Shown: positions 1-9,522, counted from the stretch's first letter. The stretch is DNA of 64,000 bases from Planctomycetota bacterium (GCA_965223845.1 CBDCXR010000004.1:6336001-6400000), one strand, 5' to 3'. Notes: generated by a model not told the origin, from the letters alone. Program-made: numbers and translations.

Positions 1-661
1 CCGCCTGCGCGCACCAGCGGGACGGGTCGTAGTTGATGTAATTCGCGACGACGAGATCGAGCCAGCCGTCGCGGTCGTAGTCGAAGAACGCGGCGGACGT
101 CGCCCAAAGGGGGCTCGTGATGCCGGCGCTCTCGCTGACGTCACGAAACTTGCCGCCACCGAGGTTGTGGAAGAGGCGGATGCGGCCGTGCTCGGTGAGG
201 AAGATCTCAGGGAGTCCGTCGTTGTCGGCGTCGCCCGCGGCGACTCCCATTCCGCGACCGGCGACGTCGAGCCCCGAGCCTTCGCTGATCTCGGCGAACT
301 TGCCGTCCTCTCCCTGCCGGTAGAGTCGATTCTTGGCCGACGACTCGTCGCCAGCGTTTTGAATGAGATAGAGATCGAGACGGCCGTCGGCGTCCAGGTC
401 GAAGAGTGCGACTCCCGAGCCGACGCACTCGGGCATGAAGAACGAGTCGCTCTTTCCCGGGTCGTGGACAAAGTCGACACCGAGCCGGTCGGTGACGTCC
501 TCGAACCAGGCGGCGTCCGAGGCGACTTGCGTGCTCGAAGAAGAGCCGGCGGGTGGACCGGGAAAGGGAACTCGCTCGGTCGTGCAGCCGGTGATCGCGC
601 ACGCGAAGGAGAGGACTATCCCAGGCGAGGTGTAACGAAGGTGCGCGCGGACGATGTTCAT
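1..661 (-). CDS. CRTAC1/ASPIC-UnbV-type FG-GAP (VCBS) repeat lipoprotein, 3'-truncated by the window edge
   Basis: Not in the ORF track because it runs off the edge. Manual translation from ATG 661: MNIVRAHLRYTSPGIVLSFACAITGC (lipobox), then WFEDVTDRLGVDFVHDPG, GSGVALFDLDADGRLDLYL, GMGVAAGDADNDGLPEIFLT, AAFFDYDRDGWLDLVVANY. These are typical FG-GAP-like repeats. Confidence 0.85.
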   Translation of the reverse strand, partial: MNIVRAHLRYTSPGIVLSFACAITGCTTERVPFPGPPAGSSSSTQVASDAAWFEDVTDRLGVDFVHDPGKSDSFFMPECVGSGVALFDLDADGRLDLYLIQNAGDESSAKNRLYRQGEDGKFAEISEGSGLDVAGRGMGVAAGDADNDGLPEIFLTEHGRIRLFHNLGGGKFRDVSESAGITSPLWATSAAFFDYDRDGWLDLVVANYINYDPSRWCAQA

Positions 662-830
662 TTCGAAAGAGGCACGACGGTTCGGATTCGAGGAGGGATC
701 ACCAGCGATCTCCTCGCGAAGTCTTCTCACATTCTGTCACGGGACGATCGATTCGTCGTCGCAAAGTTCCGCCACGCGCCGCTCGCTCGGAGCGTCGCCC
801 ACCCCTCGCGTTCGCGGTATCGTATTCGCG

Positions 831-1832
831 ATGGAATCCGTTCCCCGAACATCAATTCTGCGCGACCGCTCGGCGAGAGGTCTCGCGCTCTTCGCCGGGT
901 TGTTCACCGGGGCGAACCTCGTCGGCGAGTGGGTGCGCCCCGGGTTTGACGCGAACGGGTGGTGGATCGATCTCCGCTCGTTTCCCGCGGCTACGCGATG
1001 GGTTCTCCTCGGGGCGGTTGCCGCGGTCTCTCTGACGTGGGTCATTCGCCCGCGGTTGTCGCGCGCGCGCCGGATCGCCACCCGGGTCGTTTTCATAGTC
1101 GCGGCGGCGATCGCCGTGTGGAACGGCATCGCGTACTACGTCTTCCTCTCGCGCGGGACGTTCACGACCTCGTTTCCGCTCCCGCTCTCTCTCGTCGTGG
1201 CGGCGGTTCTCTTCTGGCTCGCGTGGTCGGCAGGTCGGAGCTCGCCTCCGTCGAGATCGAAGGTGCTCGCGGCGTCCGTGATCGTCGCGGCCGGCGGCAC
1301 GGCGGCGACGGCGTTCGCCCTCGCTCAGATGCTTTGCTTCGGTCAGACGGACTACCGCCGACCGGCCGACGTCATCGTCGTGTTCGGCTCGCGCGCCTAC
1401 GCCGACGGGTCGCTTTCGCAATCGCTTCTCGATCGCACGCGCACGGGCTGCGAGCTCTACCAGGAAGGCTTCGCGCCGAAGCTGCTCTTCACGGGCGGGC
1501 CGGCCGACGCGGAGATGCACGAGACCGAAGCGATGCGGCGTTTTGCCGTGGAGTTCGGCGTTCCGGCGAGCGACATCGTTCTCGATCGCGATGGCGTGAA
1601 CACTCGCGCGAGCGCGTCATCGACCGCGCGCATTTTTCGCGAGCGCGAGTTCGAGCGCGTGCTCGCGGTGAGCCACGGGTACCACCTACCGCGGGTGAAG
1701 CTCGCTTATCAGCGTGTTGGGATTGAGGTGTACACCGTCCCAGCGCGGGTTACGCGGCAGCTACGGAGGCTGCCGTTTTTCGTGGCGCGTGAGGTGGTGG
1801 CGCTAGTTTGGTATTGGATTTGGCCTTGGTGA
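831..1832 (+). CDS. YdcF/SanA (DUF218) family protein with an N-terminal multi-TM region
   Basis: About 5 hydrophobic segments, then ADVIVVFGS, LLFTGG..E.EAM, GVNTRAS, VSHGYHLPR and a C-terminal RE. Start at ATG 831 is preferred to the track start 654, which overlaps the divergent upstream gene. Confidence 0.85.
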   Translation: MESVPRTSILRDRSARGLALFAGLFTGANLVGEWVRPGFDANGWWIDLRSFPAATRWVLLGAVAAVSLTWVIRPRLSRARRIATRVVFIVAAAIAVWNGIAYYVFLSRGTFTTSFPLPLSLVVAAVLFWLAWSAGRSSPPSRSKVLAASVIVAAGGTAATAFALAQMLCFGQTDYRRPADVIVVFGSRAYADGSLSQSLLDRTRTGCELYQEGFAPKLLFTGGPADAEMHETEAMRRFAVEFGVPASDIVLDRDGVNTRASASSTARIFREREFERVLAVSHGYHLPRVKLAYQRVGIEVYTVPARVTRQLRRLPFFVAREVVALVWYWIWPW

Positions 1833-1975
1833 TTGGTGAAGTCTCGGCCTCGCGCGATTCAATGAAGAGGATTGAACAGGAAAATCGCGAAGGAAGACGA
1901 GAGGGCCAAGTAGTGCGCCCGTTGGGATTGAATCCTCGGACCGGAGTGCCTGCACTCGGTTTCCCCGGGCGATTG

Positions 1976-2431
1976 CTAGCGGAAGTAGAAAAACACCGCG
2001 CGCAAATAAGGCAATACTGAATCCACGACCGTTCTGACGATGGTCAAGATGCCAAAGCACACCACCGTAAACCCGGTTTCGTCTCCTTCGAATATGCTGT
2101 CTGGCGCCAACCACCAAAGTGCTAGAGCGCTAAGGACCCAAATCGTCGGAAGCGCTATCGTCACGGTCGCTAAAAAATGAAATCGAAGATTCCGCTTTCG
2201 CCATTCGCAGACGGCGAAAACGAGGATAGCCGGCACCATCAAACCGACGAACAGGCCGGCGTTTCCGATGATTGCGTTCACGATCCTTCCGAAACGCTGG
2301 TCTGAGGCGTAGTTCGTCGACCAGATTTCGAGGCCGGCGGCGAAGATCGGATAGGCAGCGCACGCGGGTGCGGCGTAGGCGAGGAATCCTCGCTCAGGTT
2401 CACCGGCGGTGGGAGTTGGCGTCTCGTCCAC
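1976..2431 (-). CDS. Hypothetical membrane protein (~4 TM)
   Basis: 151-aa ORF with four hydrophobic stretches, directly downstream of the co-oriented 644-aa gene. Confidence 0.6.
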   Translation of the reverse strand: MDETPTPTAGEPERGFLAYAAPACAAYPIFAAGLEIWSTNYASDQRFGRIVNAIIGNAGLFVGLMVPAILVFAVCEWRKRNLRFHFLATVTIALPTIWVLSALALWWLAPDSIFEGDETGFTVVCFGILTIVRTVVDSVLPYLRAVFFYFR

Positions 2432-2524
2432 GTTTACGATTCCGGTTCGCTTGCGTCCCCGCGTCGCAAGGCAGTTGGATTCCGCAATGGGATGGAAGAA
2501 GGACGCGGCGTCCGTGAGGTGTCG

Positions 2525-4459
2525 TCACCACTCCGGGATCTGTAGGCGGAGTCGGTTCGTGGCCACGTCCTCGATTTCGAGGTCTTTCCCTACCGACCAA
2601 AGCTGACGTTCCGTGCGCGAGTAGAGAATTTGCGACTCGTCCGGGGAGAAAGGATCGGCAGGGACCGAGTCGATGTAGGCGGGGACGAGGGCGTCGAGAG
2701 ACTCGGGAAGGGCGCCATGCTCGAGCGAGTATCCGCGGAGCGCGAGGAAGAGTCTCGTCGCGCGGAGATCGAAATCGTGCGACCAGCGACCGTGCCACCG
2801 ATACGGCAGGAACAGTGAGTAGACGCGCGGGCCCATCCAATTGAACCAATTGCGCACGGACTCGTCATCCTCATCGGCGTCGCTCCCCACGTAGGGCGGT
2901 GGAGTCCAGTGGGAGTTCGCGATCCAATCGCGATTGACTCGAAAGCTTGCTACAAGTCGCTCGAGCGTCCGATTGCGATGGAAAAAGAAGCTCGAGCTCA
3001 GCTCGTGAGCGTCGAGTACGGGCTTCCGGATGGCGTATTCAGTCGCCCAGACTCGGTTCAACCGCTCGGCGTCGAATTCGTACCGTTCGAGCTCTCCTAC
3101 GACCTCGGCGCATTGCGTCGGTGTCGGCTGCGCCAGCTCGGCGATGCGACGAAGATCCCCGTAGCCGAAATCGCGAAGCGCCAGCCCGCGGAAAAGGTTC
3201 ACCTGATCGGAGGCGTACCCGAACCGCTCACCGAATCGAACGAGCCTGAGGCCGTCGGCGATGGCGCCTTCGGTGTCCCCATCGAGGAGATGAAGGCGCA
3301 GGCGAAGCTGGAGGAGGTATCCCAGATCCGACCAGTTCCCCGCGGGCGACGACCATCTCGGGATTCCCGCCGGAACGATGAAGTGCTTCTTCCCGATAGC
3401 GCGTTCGACTCCAGCGAGAAGATCGGCGCTCTCGTCCACGAGTGCACGCGCCGCGGGCTCGTTCCAGCGGGCCGCAGCCGACGGCGCAAACTCTGGGTCG
3501 CTGGCGACCGGCCGATTCGCATCGAAGGCGATTAGGTGGAGAAGCACGCCGGAGCGGGCCTCCATTTCCTCGTCGTCCTCGTCCCCGTCGTCCTCGTCCT
3601 CGTCGTCCTCGTCCCCGTCGTCGCTCTCGAACCAGTTGTAGGAATCGACCCCTTCAGGAAACTCGGACGAATCGAAGTCGACATCGTAGTACCCGTTCAT
3701 CGCGACGGGAACATCGATGACCGGAAGCGCAAAGTCGGAGTCGTCCGGCGGCTCGATATCTCGACCATAGAAAAACCAGACGCCGACAGCCGTTGTGACG
3801 AGGCCGAAGATCGCCGCGACGGCGACCTTTCCGGCTCGTCCCGTGCCCGTACGTTTCTTTGGATCGCCGTTCACTCGACCGGCATCGCCGATTCGTTCGC
3901 CGCTCGCTGATCCGGGCGAGTCCGATCCGACGGAGGCGGCCGCTGAAGCCCGAGCGTACCGGCGGTGGATCAGTACGAACACGACGAAGAGCGAGGTCGG
4001 AAGGCCGATCCACTTCGCGGCGCCGAGAGTCAGCGTTATCGGGCCAAACGGAGCGCCGGCGCGATCGATACGCGCCATCTCGACAATGGCCATTTCAGAG
4101 AATACATGCGCTCCACTGATGAAAACGAAGAGCACGATTCCAGTTACGCAGTGCGTCGTGAGCCACTGCCCCAAGGCGATCGCGCGGCGGCGCTCGATCC
4201 GGACGAGCAGAACGTAGAGCACCGCCGCGGCGAAGAACTGAATCGCGACGTGAAGCGCCGCAGCGGTCGTGAGGGTCAGGTCGTATCCGAGTCGGTCGTA
4301 GAGCTTGTCGACGAACCACACGGGGAGGACGAGCAAACCGACGATCGCGGCGTAGACGGCGCCAACCGCGAGCCCGAAGGCGAGCCATACAACGGGCTCC
4401 GAGAACCCGGTCGAGTTCGATTCGTCGCTCACGCCGGCAGATTGCGGATCGCGGTTCAC
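2525..4459 (-). CDS. Multi-TM membrane protein with a helical extracytoplasmic domain ending in a pseudopilin/GspG-like 'LALRGYSLEHGALPESLDALVPAYIDSVPADPF' motif
   Basis: About 5 N-terminal TM helices and an Asp/Glu tract. The C-terminal motif is of a kind common in planctomycete hypothetical proteins. Confidence 0.7.
   Translation of the reverse strand: MNRDPQSAGVSDESNSTGFSEPVVWLAFGLAVGAVYAAIVGLLVLPVWFVDKLYDRLGYDLTLTTAAALHVAIQFFAAAVLYVLLVRIERRRAIALGQWLTTHCVTGIVLFVFISGAHVFSEMAIVEMARIDRAGAPFGPITLTLGAAKWIGLPTSLFVVFVLIHRRYARASAAASVGSDSPGSASGERIGDAGRVNGDPKKRTGTGRAGKVAVAAIFGLVTTAVGVWFFYGRDIEPPDDSDFALPVIDVPVAMNGYYDVDFDSSEFPEGVDSYNWFESDDGDEDDEDEDDGDEDDEEMEARSGVLLHLIAFDANRPVASDPEFAPSAAARWNEPAARALVDESADLLAGVERAIGKKHFIVPAGIPRWSSPAGNWSDLGYLLQLRLRLHLLDGDTEGAIADGLRLVRFGERFGYASDQVNLFRGLALRDFGYGDLRRIAELAQPTPTQCAEVVGELERYEFDAERLNRVWATEYAIRKPVLDAHELSSSFFFHRNRTLERLVASFRVNRDWIANSHWTPPPYVGSDADEDDESVRNWFNWMGPRVYSLFLPYRWHGRWSHDFDLRATRLFLALRGYSLEHGALPESLDALVPAYIDSVPADPFSPDESQILYSRTERQLWSVGKDLEIEDVATNRLRLQIPEW
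3567..3622. repeat. 30-bp-period direct repeat encoding the acidic tract DDGDEDDEDEDDGDEDDEE
   Basis: tcctcgtcgtcctcgtccccgtcgtc occurs at 3567-3592 and again at 3597-3622. Confidence 0.85.
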
Positions 4460-4824
4460 GATTGCGTCGTCCCAGAACTAGCCGCGAGTACTCGTTGCGA
4501 AGCGTCGCGCGAGCGATTCACTTCGCCCGCGTCTACCCAATCCGGCAGCTTGTGCGAAGGAGCTCGGATGCGCGCCGCGAGTCGCTCGCGCGAAGCGGAG
4601 AGGTGAAACGAGACGACTCAACCGTCGTCTACTGATAGTAGCGTATCCGAAGTACCCCTCGACGCAAGTGGAGCGCGGGTCGCTCCGTTCGCCCCGCACC
4701 GCGGATGAGGAACTCGACCGCGAATCGACGCCGACGCCGAATACAGATTCACCTCGTTCCACGGAGAGCGGGGCACGCTCCCGCGGGCAGCCGCGATTCA
4801 CCTCCGTCGAGGTGCTCCGAGGAA

Positions 4825-5265
4825 ATGAGCTTCGAGCAGTTCTCTATGGCTCTGATTCTGTGCGTAAGCATGTACCCAGGAGGACTGGGTTTCATCGCGT
4901 TGAACTGCGAGTATCGCTGGCTTGCGGAAGTAAGAGATCCGTTCTTCCTGGCGCTCCTGGGATGGTCTGCGTTCGCGAGTGTAAGTCTCTCGCTTCTCGC
5001 GGCGAGGCTTTTCGTTCCGCGAGTTTTTTTCTCCGTGTTCAGACCGTGTAAGATCGATGCTCCTCGGCGGCTTCTCGGTAGTTTTTTGATGGTCGGCGTG
5101 CTGTTCTTCGCCTATTGCTGGGCATTCATCTTCGACCGCCAGGTCACCGGATCCAGGCTCATCGCCGGCGCACTCTTTTGGTGGGTCTCGACCCTCGCAA
5201 TCTGGATGATTCTATTGTGGCGGCCGATTCATCGTTACTTTCCCGGGCTGGGGACTCGGCCCTAA
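4825..5265 (+). CDS. Hypothetical membrane protein (~4 TM)
   Basis: Hydrophobic ORF; ATG 4825 is preceded by GAGG. The track ORF is 4705..5265. Confidence 0.6.
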   Translation: MSFEQFSMALILCVSMYPGGLGFIALNCEYRWLAEVRDPFFLALLGWSAFASVSLSLLAARLFVPRVFFSVFRPCKIDAPRRLLGSFLMVGVLFFAYCWAFIFDRQVTGSRLIAGALFWWVSTLAIWMILLWRPIHRYFPGLGTRP

Positions 5266-5307
5266 GTGGGCGCGGTCGATAGTCGGCGTGCAGCTGGCGG
5301 ATGAAAA

Positions 5308-6480
5308 ATGAAGCAGACGCGCTTGAGTCTCGTTCTCCTCGTGATTCTGGCTTCGGCCGCGGGCTGTCTCTTTCCCCCGCGGCCCCCTTCGAGATGGCTG
5401 ACTCCCAGAGTGCATTTGGGGGCGGGGTTCCTTCGGAAGCGTCTAGTGTTCAACGACGCAGGCCTCCTCGGAATCACCGATATCGCTGTCGTCCGTCGTG
5501 GAACGGATCAGAGGACCCTCGTTTGTGGATCGAGGGGTACAGCTTTCCTGGATCCTGCGACCTATCGACTCCACCGCCGAGTGTTCTTCGATCGAGACGG
5601 GAGTGGTGCCCACCGGATTGTTCGAGCGGACGCTGGCAACACGATCGAGTTCTTGGGGGTCGACCGGATCCGTGGCGAAGCCGTGCTGTTCGACGAGCGA
5701 GGGCGACGTCTGTGGGCACGCGGAAACGGGCGAGTCGATGATGCAAAGATCGGCGACCTCGACGGGGATGGCCATCCCGAGTTTGTCCTCAGCGGACACA
5801 GTTCGCGAGAGATCGAGGTCTTCGACCGTCGCGGTCGGGAAGTCTGGTCGAAGGAGGTCGCTGGCGGCGGACGGTATTCCCCCACAGAGCTCATTCTTCT
5901 CGACACGACAGGCAACAGTCGTTTGGAGATCGTGTACATCGACGGGAAGAGCGTGCGGATCCTCGACGCCGCAGGAAACCTTCTTTCCCGGCAGACACCT
6001 CGCGTGCGGAGCTACGTGAACGCACTCTACGCGGCGAGCGACCGATGGAGCGCGAAAGGAGAGTCGCTCGCGGAGGATCTACTCGTCGTCGGATACCACG
6101 AGAAGGAGCCGACGTGGCGACAGGTCTATCGGCTTCTGAGCCTCGACGCACGCGAGGTCGTCCGGGAGGTCAGCGAGGACGAGCTCTGGCTGTATCGGAG
6201 GAAACTACCCGTACGGTTCAATCCAAGCGCGGGGTTTTATCACGTCGGCATCGAGTGGCTTCCTTATCAGGGAACGTCCGTCGGCTTCACCGCTACACGG
6301 CTCCGACTGAGGGTCTACGACGACGACCGACGCCTCGTCTACGACGAGACGATCGCGGCGGGACGAGAGCTCGCGGGCGGTGAGGGCGCGGCTTCCGCGG
6401 CGGCGAAGATCGACGGGGAGCAAGCCATCCTCGTCGGTTTTGGCACGCAGCTCTGGGAGTATTCGAGATCCGACCTCTGA
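5308..6480 (+). CDS. Putative lipoprotein with FG-GAP-like/beta-propeller repeats
   Basis: Signal peptide MKQTRLSLVLLVILASAAGC (lipobox); GDLDGDGHPEFVL and DTTGNSRLEIV motifs. Confidence 0.7.
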   Translation: MKQTRLSLVLLVILASAAGCLFPPRPPSRWLTPRVHLGAGFLRKRLVFNDAGLLGITDIAVVRRGTDQRTLVCGSRGTAFLDPATYRLHRRVFFDRDGSGAHRIVRADAGNTIEFLGVDRIRGEAVLFDERGRRLWARGNGRVDDAKIGDLDGDGHPEFVLSGHSSREIEVFDRRGREVWSKEVAGGGRYSPTELILLDTTGNSRLEIVYIDGKSVRILDAAGNLLSRQTPRVRSYVNALYAASDRWSAKGESLAEDLLVVGYHEKEPTWRQVYRLLSLDAREVVREVSEDELWLYRRKLPVRFNPSAGFYHVGIEWLPYQGTSVGFTATRLRLRVYDDDRRLVYDETIAAGRELAGGEGAASAAAKIDGEQAILVGFGTQLWEYSRSDL

Positions 6481-6508
6481 ACTTGGCATCGAAGGCCGCG
6501 CGGGTCAG

Positions 6509-6802
6509 CTAGAGGTGCCGGCCGACGTCCATGACTTCGTGGAGCACTCGGCGGATGCGGACCTCGTCGTTCGGTGAAAGTGTAGAAGACGACGTGATGC
6601 TCAAGCTTCCTCGACCAGTAACCCGTCCGGAGCGCGTCGCGACGGATTCCGGCGTCTGGGGACTTCGCCAGTTTTCGAATACCTCGATCTAGAATGTCCA
6701 GGTAGCGATCGGCCTGCTTCTCGCTCCAGGTCTCGAAGGTGTAGAGCCAGATTCCGTCAGATCTGCTTCGGCGGCGCTGTCCTTGACCAGCTTCCGCGAC
6801 AT
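6509..6802 (-). pseudogene. parE: ParE/RelE-family toxin disrupted by two frameshifts (-1 near 6757, +1 near 6570)
   Basis: Repaired reading: MSRKLVKDSAAEADL-x-GIWLYTFETWSEKQADRYLDILDRGIRKLAKSPDAGIRRDALRTGYWSRKLEHHVVFYTFT-x-DEVRIRRVLHEVMDVGRHL*. Read as given from ATG 6802 it stops at TAG 6689-6691 after 37 aa. Confidence 0.8.
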
Positions 6803-6804
6803 TC

Positions 6805-7056
6805 TCAAGTCGCGATCCCCGCGCGCTTACGGGCTTCACGTTTAATGGCGTCGAAGTCGAGAGCCCCGGCGTCTCCGCTGGCTTCGCCTTCGATGAGGGC
6901 TTGGCGCAGCGCGCTCACCTTCTGTTCGTATTCCTCGAGAAGCCGTAGTCCTGCGCGCACGACTTCGCTTGCGCTGCCGTACCGTCCACTCTCGATTTGG
7001 GCGCTGATGAATCGGTTGAAGTGGTCGCCCAGACTCATGCTGGTGTTCTTGGCCAT
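6805..7056 (-). CDS. parD: ParD-family (CC2985-like, RHH) antitoxin
   Basis: MAKNTSMSLGDHFNRFISAQIESGRYGSASEVVRAGLRLLEE signature; AGGAGG RBS upstream of ATG 7056; stop codon 2 nt before the parE ATG. Confidence 0.92.
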   Translation of the reverse strand: MAKNTSMSLGDHFNRFISAQIESGRYGSASEVVRAGLRLLEEYEQKVSALRQALIEGEASGDAGALDFDAIKREARKRAGIAT

Positions 7057-7075
7057 GGCACCTCCTTCACGGGTG

Positions 7076-7106
7076 GATACCATAGGATACTATCGATTGG
7101 TATCAA
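7076..7106 (-). promoter_or_regulatory. Putative sigma70 promoter overlapped by an inverted-repeat operator of parDE
   Basis: Minus strand TTGATA-N16-TATGGT; inverted repeat GATACCA (7076-7082) ... TGGTATC (7098-7104) in a locally AT-rich patch. Confidence 0.6.
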
Positions 7107-7197
7107 TGGCTTCCGGTTTCTGCCGGAGGCGGTCCCCCGAGCGCTGGGGGATCAACGGCGCGCGACTCTGGGGTCCGCCGGTCGGTGGGTACTCCCC

Positions 7198-9522
7198 CTA
7201 CTCCACCCTCATCCCCCCGATCCACTCGCGAATGAGCGCGATCGACTCGGGGTGCGCGAGGTTCCGCGCGAGGTTCGGCATGCGGACGCCGAGCTCGTCC
7301 GACTCGAGGCGGTAGAGGAGGATCGACTCGTCGGGCTTTCCCGGGACGATGTCGAATTTCCGGCCGCCGGAGCCTCTTCCCGCTGCGACCGGAGATTTCC
7401 AGACACCGTAGAGACGCGGCTCATTCACGGCGAGTCGCAGGTCGAGCCCGCTCGTTCGCGCCGATCCCTCCGGGCTGTGGCAGTGAGCGCAGTTGACGTC
7501 GAGCCACGCGCGAGCGCGCTCGGCGACGGTGCCGGTCGAGGGATCATCGAACACGGGAGTAGCGGGAACGTCGCTTAGTTCCGGCGCGCCCGTGAGGAGT
7601 CCGGTCGCCGTCCAGTGGGCGAGCTGCTCGCCGTGCTCGGGTTCCTTCTCGAACGGGCGATTCAGATTACCCGCGGTCGGGCCGAGGGGGACGAATCGCC
7701 CGCTCTGGTTGTGACACGTGATGCACTGATTCGCATTCGGGATTTGATACGCGTTCGAGCGCTCCGAACCGTCGTGATGGATCCACCGGACTTCGCGACT
7801 TCCTCCTCCGAGCGCGAGCGCCGCCTCGGTTTCGTCGTCGTTCCAGATGTAAGAAAACCCGTACCATCCGGTGTCCGTGCGGTGCTCGATGCGGGTCTCG
7901 ATCAAACGTTCGCCGGCTTCGGGATGGCGAAGGTCGTGCGGGTAGGTAAACGTCTTCGCGATCACCGTCCCGGCCGGGAACTCGAACACCGAGTTCGGGT
8001 CGTACGCCATCGACTCGCCCGGCGGCAAACGAATGAACCGGTGCTTCGCGGTGTAATCGGAAAAAAGCTGCGTGTTGAGATCGTAGCGAAAGACGCCATC
8101 GGCGGGCGTCTGCGAGCGGCCGTTTCCCTCGAAGAGCGCCCACTCGGAGAGACGCTCGGGTGCGCGGCGGTAGACGAGAACCGCCGGGTTCTCGCTCGCG
8201 CTCGGTGGGGGAAGCGGAGCGAGCTCGACGCGCTCGAGCGGTTCGCTCACGCCCGAGTACGGCGTGGGGTCGCGGTCGATCCGGTGCCGTCCCGAGGCCA
8301 CATTCTCCGCGCTGAAGAGCGGCACATTGGCGTTCGCGAACGACACGTCGCCGTTGTTCGCGAGTCGGAGCGACAACTCTGCCGGGAGCTCCCCATCGAC
8401 GAGCTTCGCCGCGTCCACGATTCCGTCGAAGAAGATCTGCGGGAACGGGCTTCCGATGACATCGGCGAGCAGTGCGGCCAACTCTCCGGCCGGACGATCG
8501 CCGCCGCCCGCGATCATATTGTTGTGGATTGAGACTCCTTCGGGATACGGATCGTAGTTCGGATCCTTGATCGGACGGCCAGTGATCAAGTAACTCACGA
8601 TCGAGATTCCGGAGGTCTGGTTGTCGCGGATTTCGTTCTCGAAGACTTCGACTCGGTCGGAGGCCATGATCATGAGACCCGTTCCCGCTGGAACGCTCGC
8701 GACGATGTTCCCCGCGGGTGCGAAGTTCTCGAGGTTGTTCGCGATCACCTTGTTTCTGAAGACGCGGATGTCCGACCCGTTCGTCACTTGGAGCCCCGGA
8801 AGATCGAAGACGAGGAGTCCGCCGGTGTTTCCGGTCGCGGTGTTTTCGTAGACGTCTGCACGGATCGTGTTCTCGATCTCGATGCCGGCGACGTTTCTCT
8901 CCGCGCGCGAGCGACGAACGACGACGTCGCGCGACTGGCCGACGTAGATCCCGGCGTCCGACGCACCGATCGCGACGCAGTCCTCGATGAGCACGTTCGA
9001 ACACTGAACGGGATAGATTCCGTAGGCGCCGTTCTCTGTGTGCGGTCCGCGCGTCCACTCAGTCCGAACGCCGCGAAAGACGACTCCGTCCGCTCCGAGC
9101 ACCTTGATCGCGTTTCCGGCGCTGTCCTCGACCGCGAGGTGCTCGATGACGAAGGCGTCGCCCGTCGCGACGATGCCCTCGCTCCCGACGTTCTGCTCGC
9201 GGAACGAGAGGATGGTCTCGTCCGCCCCCCGGCCGCGGATCGTGATCCCGTCGGCGATGACGTCGAGTTGACTGGGCAGCCGGTACGTTCCCGCCTCGAG
9301 CTGAATGACATCGCCCGGCACGGCGTCGATGAGGCGCTCTTGGATCTCGTAGCGAGCCCGATCCCCGGGAGCGATGACGTAGACTTGCGGCCGCAATCGG
9401 TTGTCTCGATCGGACGTTCCTCGGCAGCTGAGGACGGAGACGGTTGTCGCCACGCAGACGGCGCTCAATCCAAGAAACCAGTTGCGCGTCCGGCTCTCGC
9501 CGAATCTTAGCGGCTGTTTCAT
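7198..9522 (-). CDS. Fusion of a parallel beta-helix domain (TIGR03805-like) and an SO2930-family diheme c-type cytochrome (TIGR03806-like); probable lipoprotein
   Basis: NGAYGIYPV, GASDAGIYVGQS, NVAGIEIEN and NTGGLLVFDLP, followed by LFSDYTAKHRFI, GTVIAKTF, CITCH and CAHCH. Lipobox-like VLSC. Confidence 0.88.
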   Translation of the reverse strand: MKQPLRFGESRTRNWFLGLSAVCVATTVSVLSCRGTSDRDNRLRPQVYVIAPGDRARYEIQERLIDAVPGDVIQLEAGTYRLPSQLDVIADGITIRGRGADETILSFREQNVGSEGIVATGDAFVIEHLAVEDSAGNAIKVLGADGVVFRGVRTEWTRGPHTENGAYGIYPVQCSNVLIEDCVAIGASDAGIYVGQSRDVVVRRSRAERNVAGIEIENTIRADVYENTATGNTGGLLVFDLPGLQVTNGSDIRVFRNKVIANNLENFAPAGNIVASVPAGTGLMIMASDRVEVFENEIRDNQTSGISIVSYLITGRPIKDPNYDPYPEGVSIHNNMIAGGGDRPAGELAALLADVIGSPFPQIFFDGIVDAAKLVDGELPAELSLRLANNGDVSFANANVPLFSAENVASGRHRIDRDPTPYSGVSEPLERVELAPLPPPSASENPAVLVYRRAPERLSEWALFEGNGRSQTPADGVFRYDLNTQLFSDYTAKHRFIRLPPGESMAYDPNSVFEFPAGTVIAKTFTYPHDLRHPEAGERLIETRIEHRTDTGWYGFSYIWNDDETEAALALGGGSREVRWIHHDGSERSNAYQIPNANQCITCHNQSGRFVPLGPTAGNLNRPFEKEPEHGEQLAHWTATGLLTGAPELSDVPATPVFDDPSTGTVAERARAWLDVNCAHCHSPEGSARTSGLDLRLAVNEPRLYGVWKSPVAAGRGSGGRKFDIVPGKPDESILLYRLESDELGVRMPNLARNLAHPESIALIREWIGGMRVE

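Noticed and set aside
167-949. 260-aa plus-strand ORF
   Set aside because: Antisense shadow of the FG-GAP lipoprotein gene on the minus strand.
6339-6839. 166-aa track ORF as an intact toxin
   Set aside because: Only its middle part is ParE-like; both ends are out-of-frame read-through overlapping neighbouring genes.
1832-7100. Possible integron cassette array or mobile island (small orphan genes plus TA module)
   Set aside because: Mixed gene orientations, and no recognisable attC sites, integrase, transposase or flanking direct repeats.
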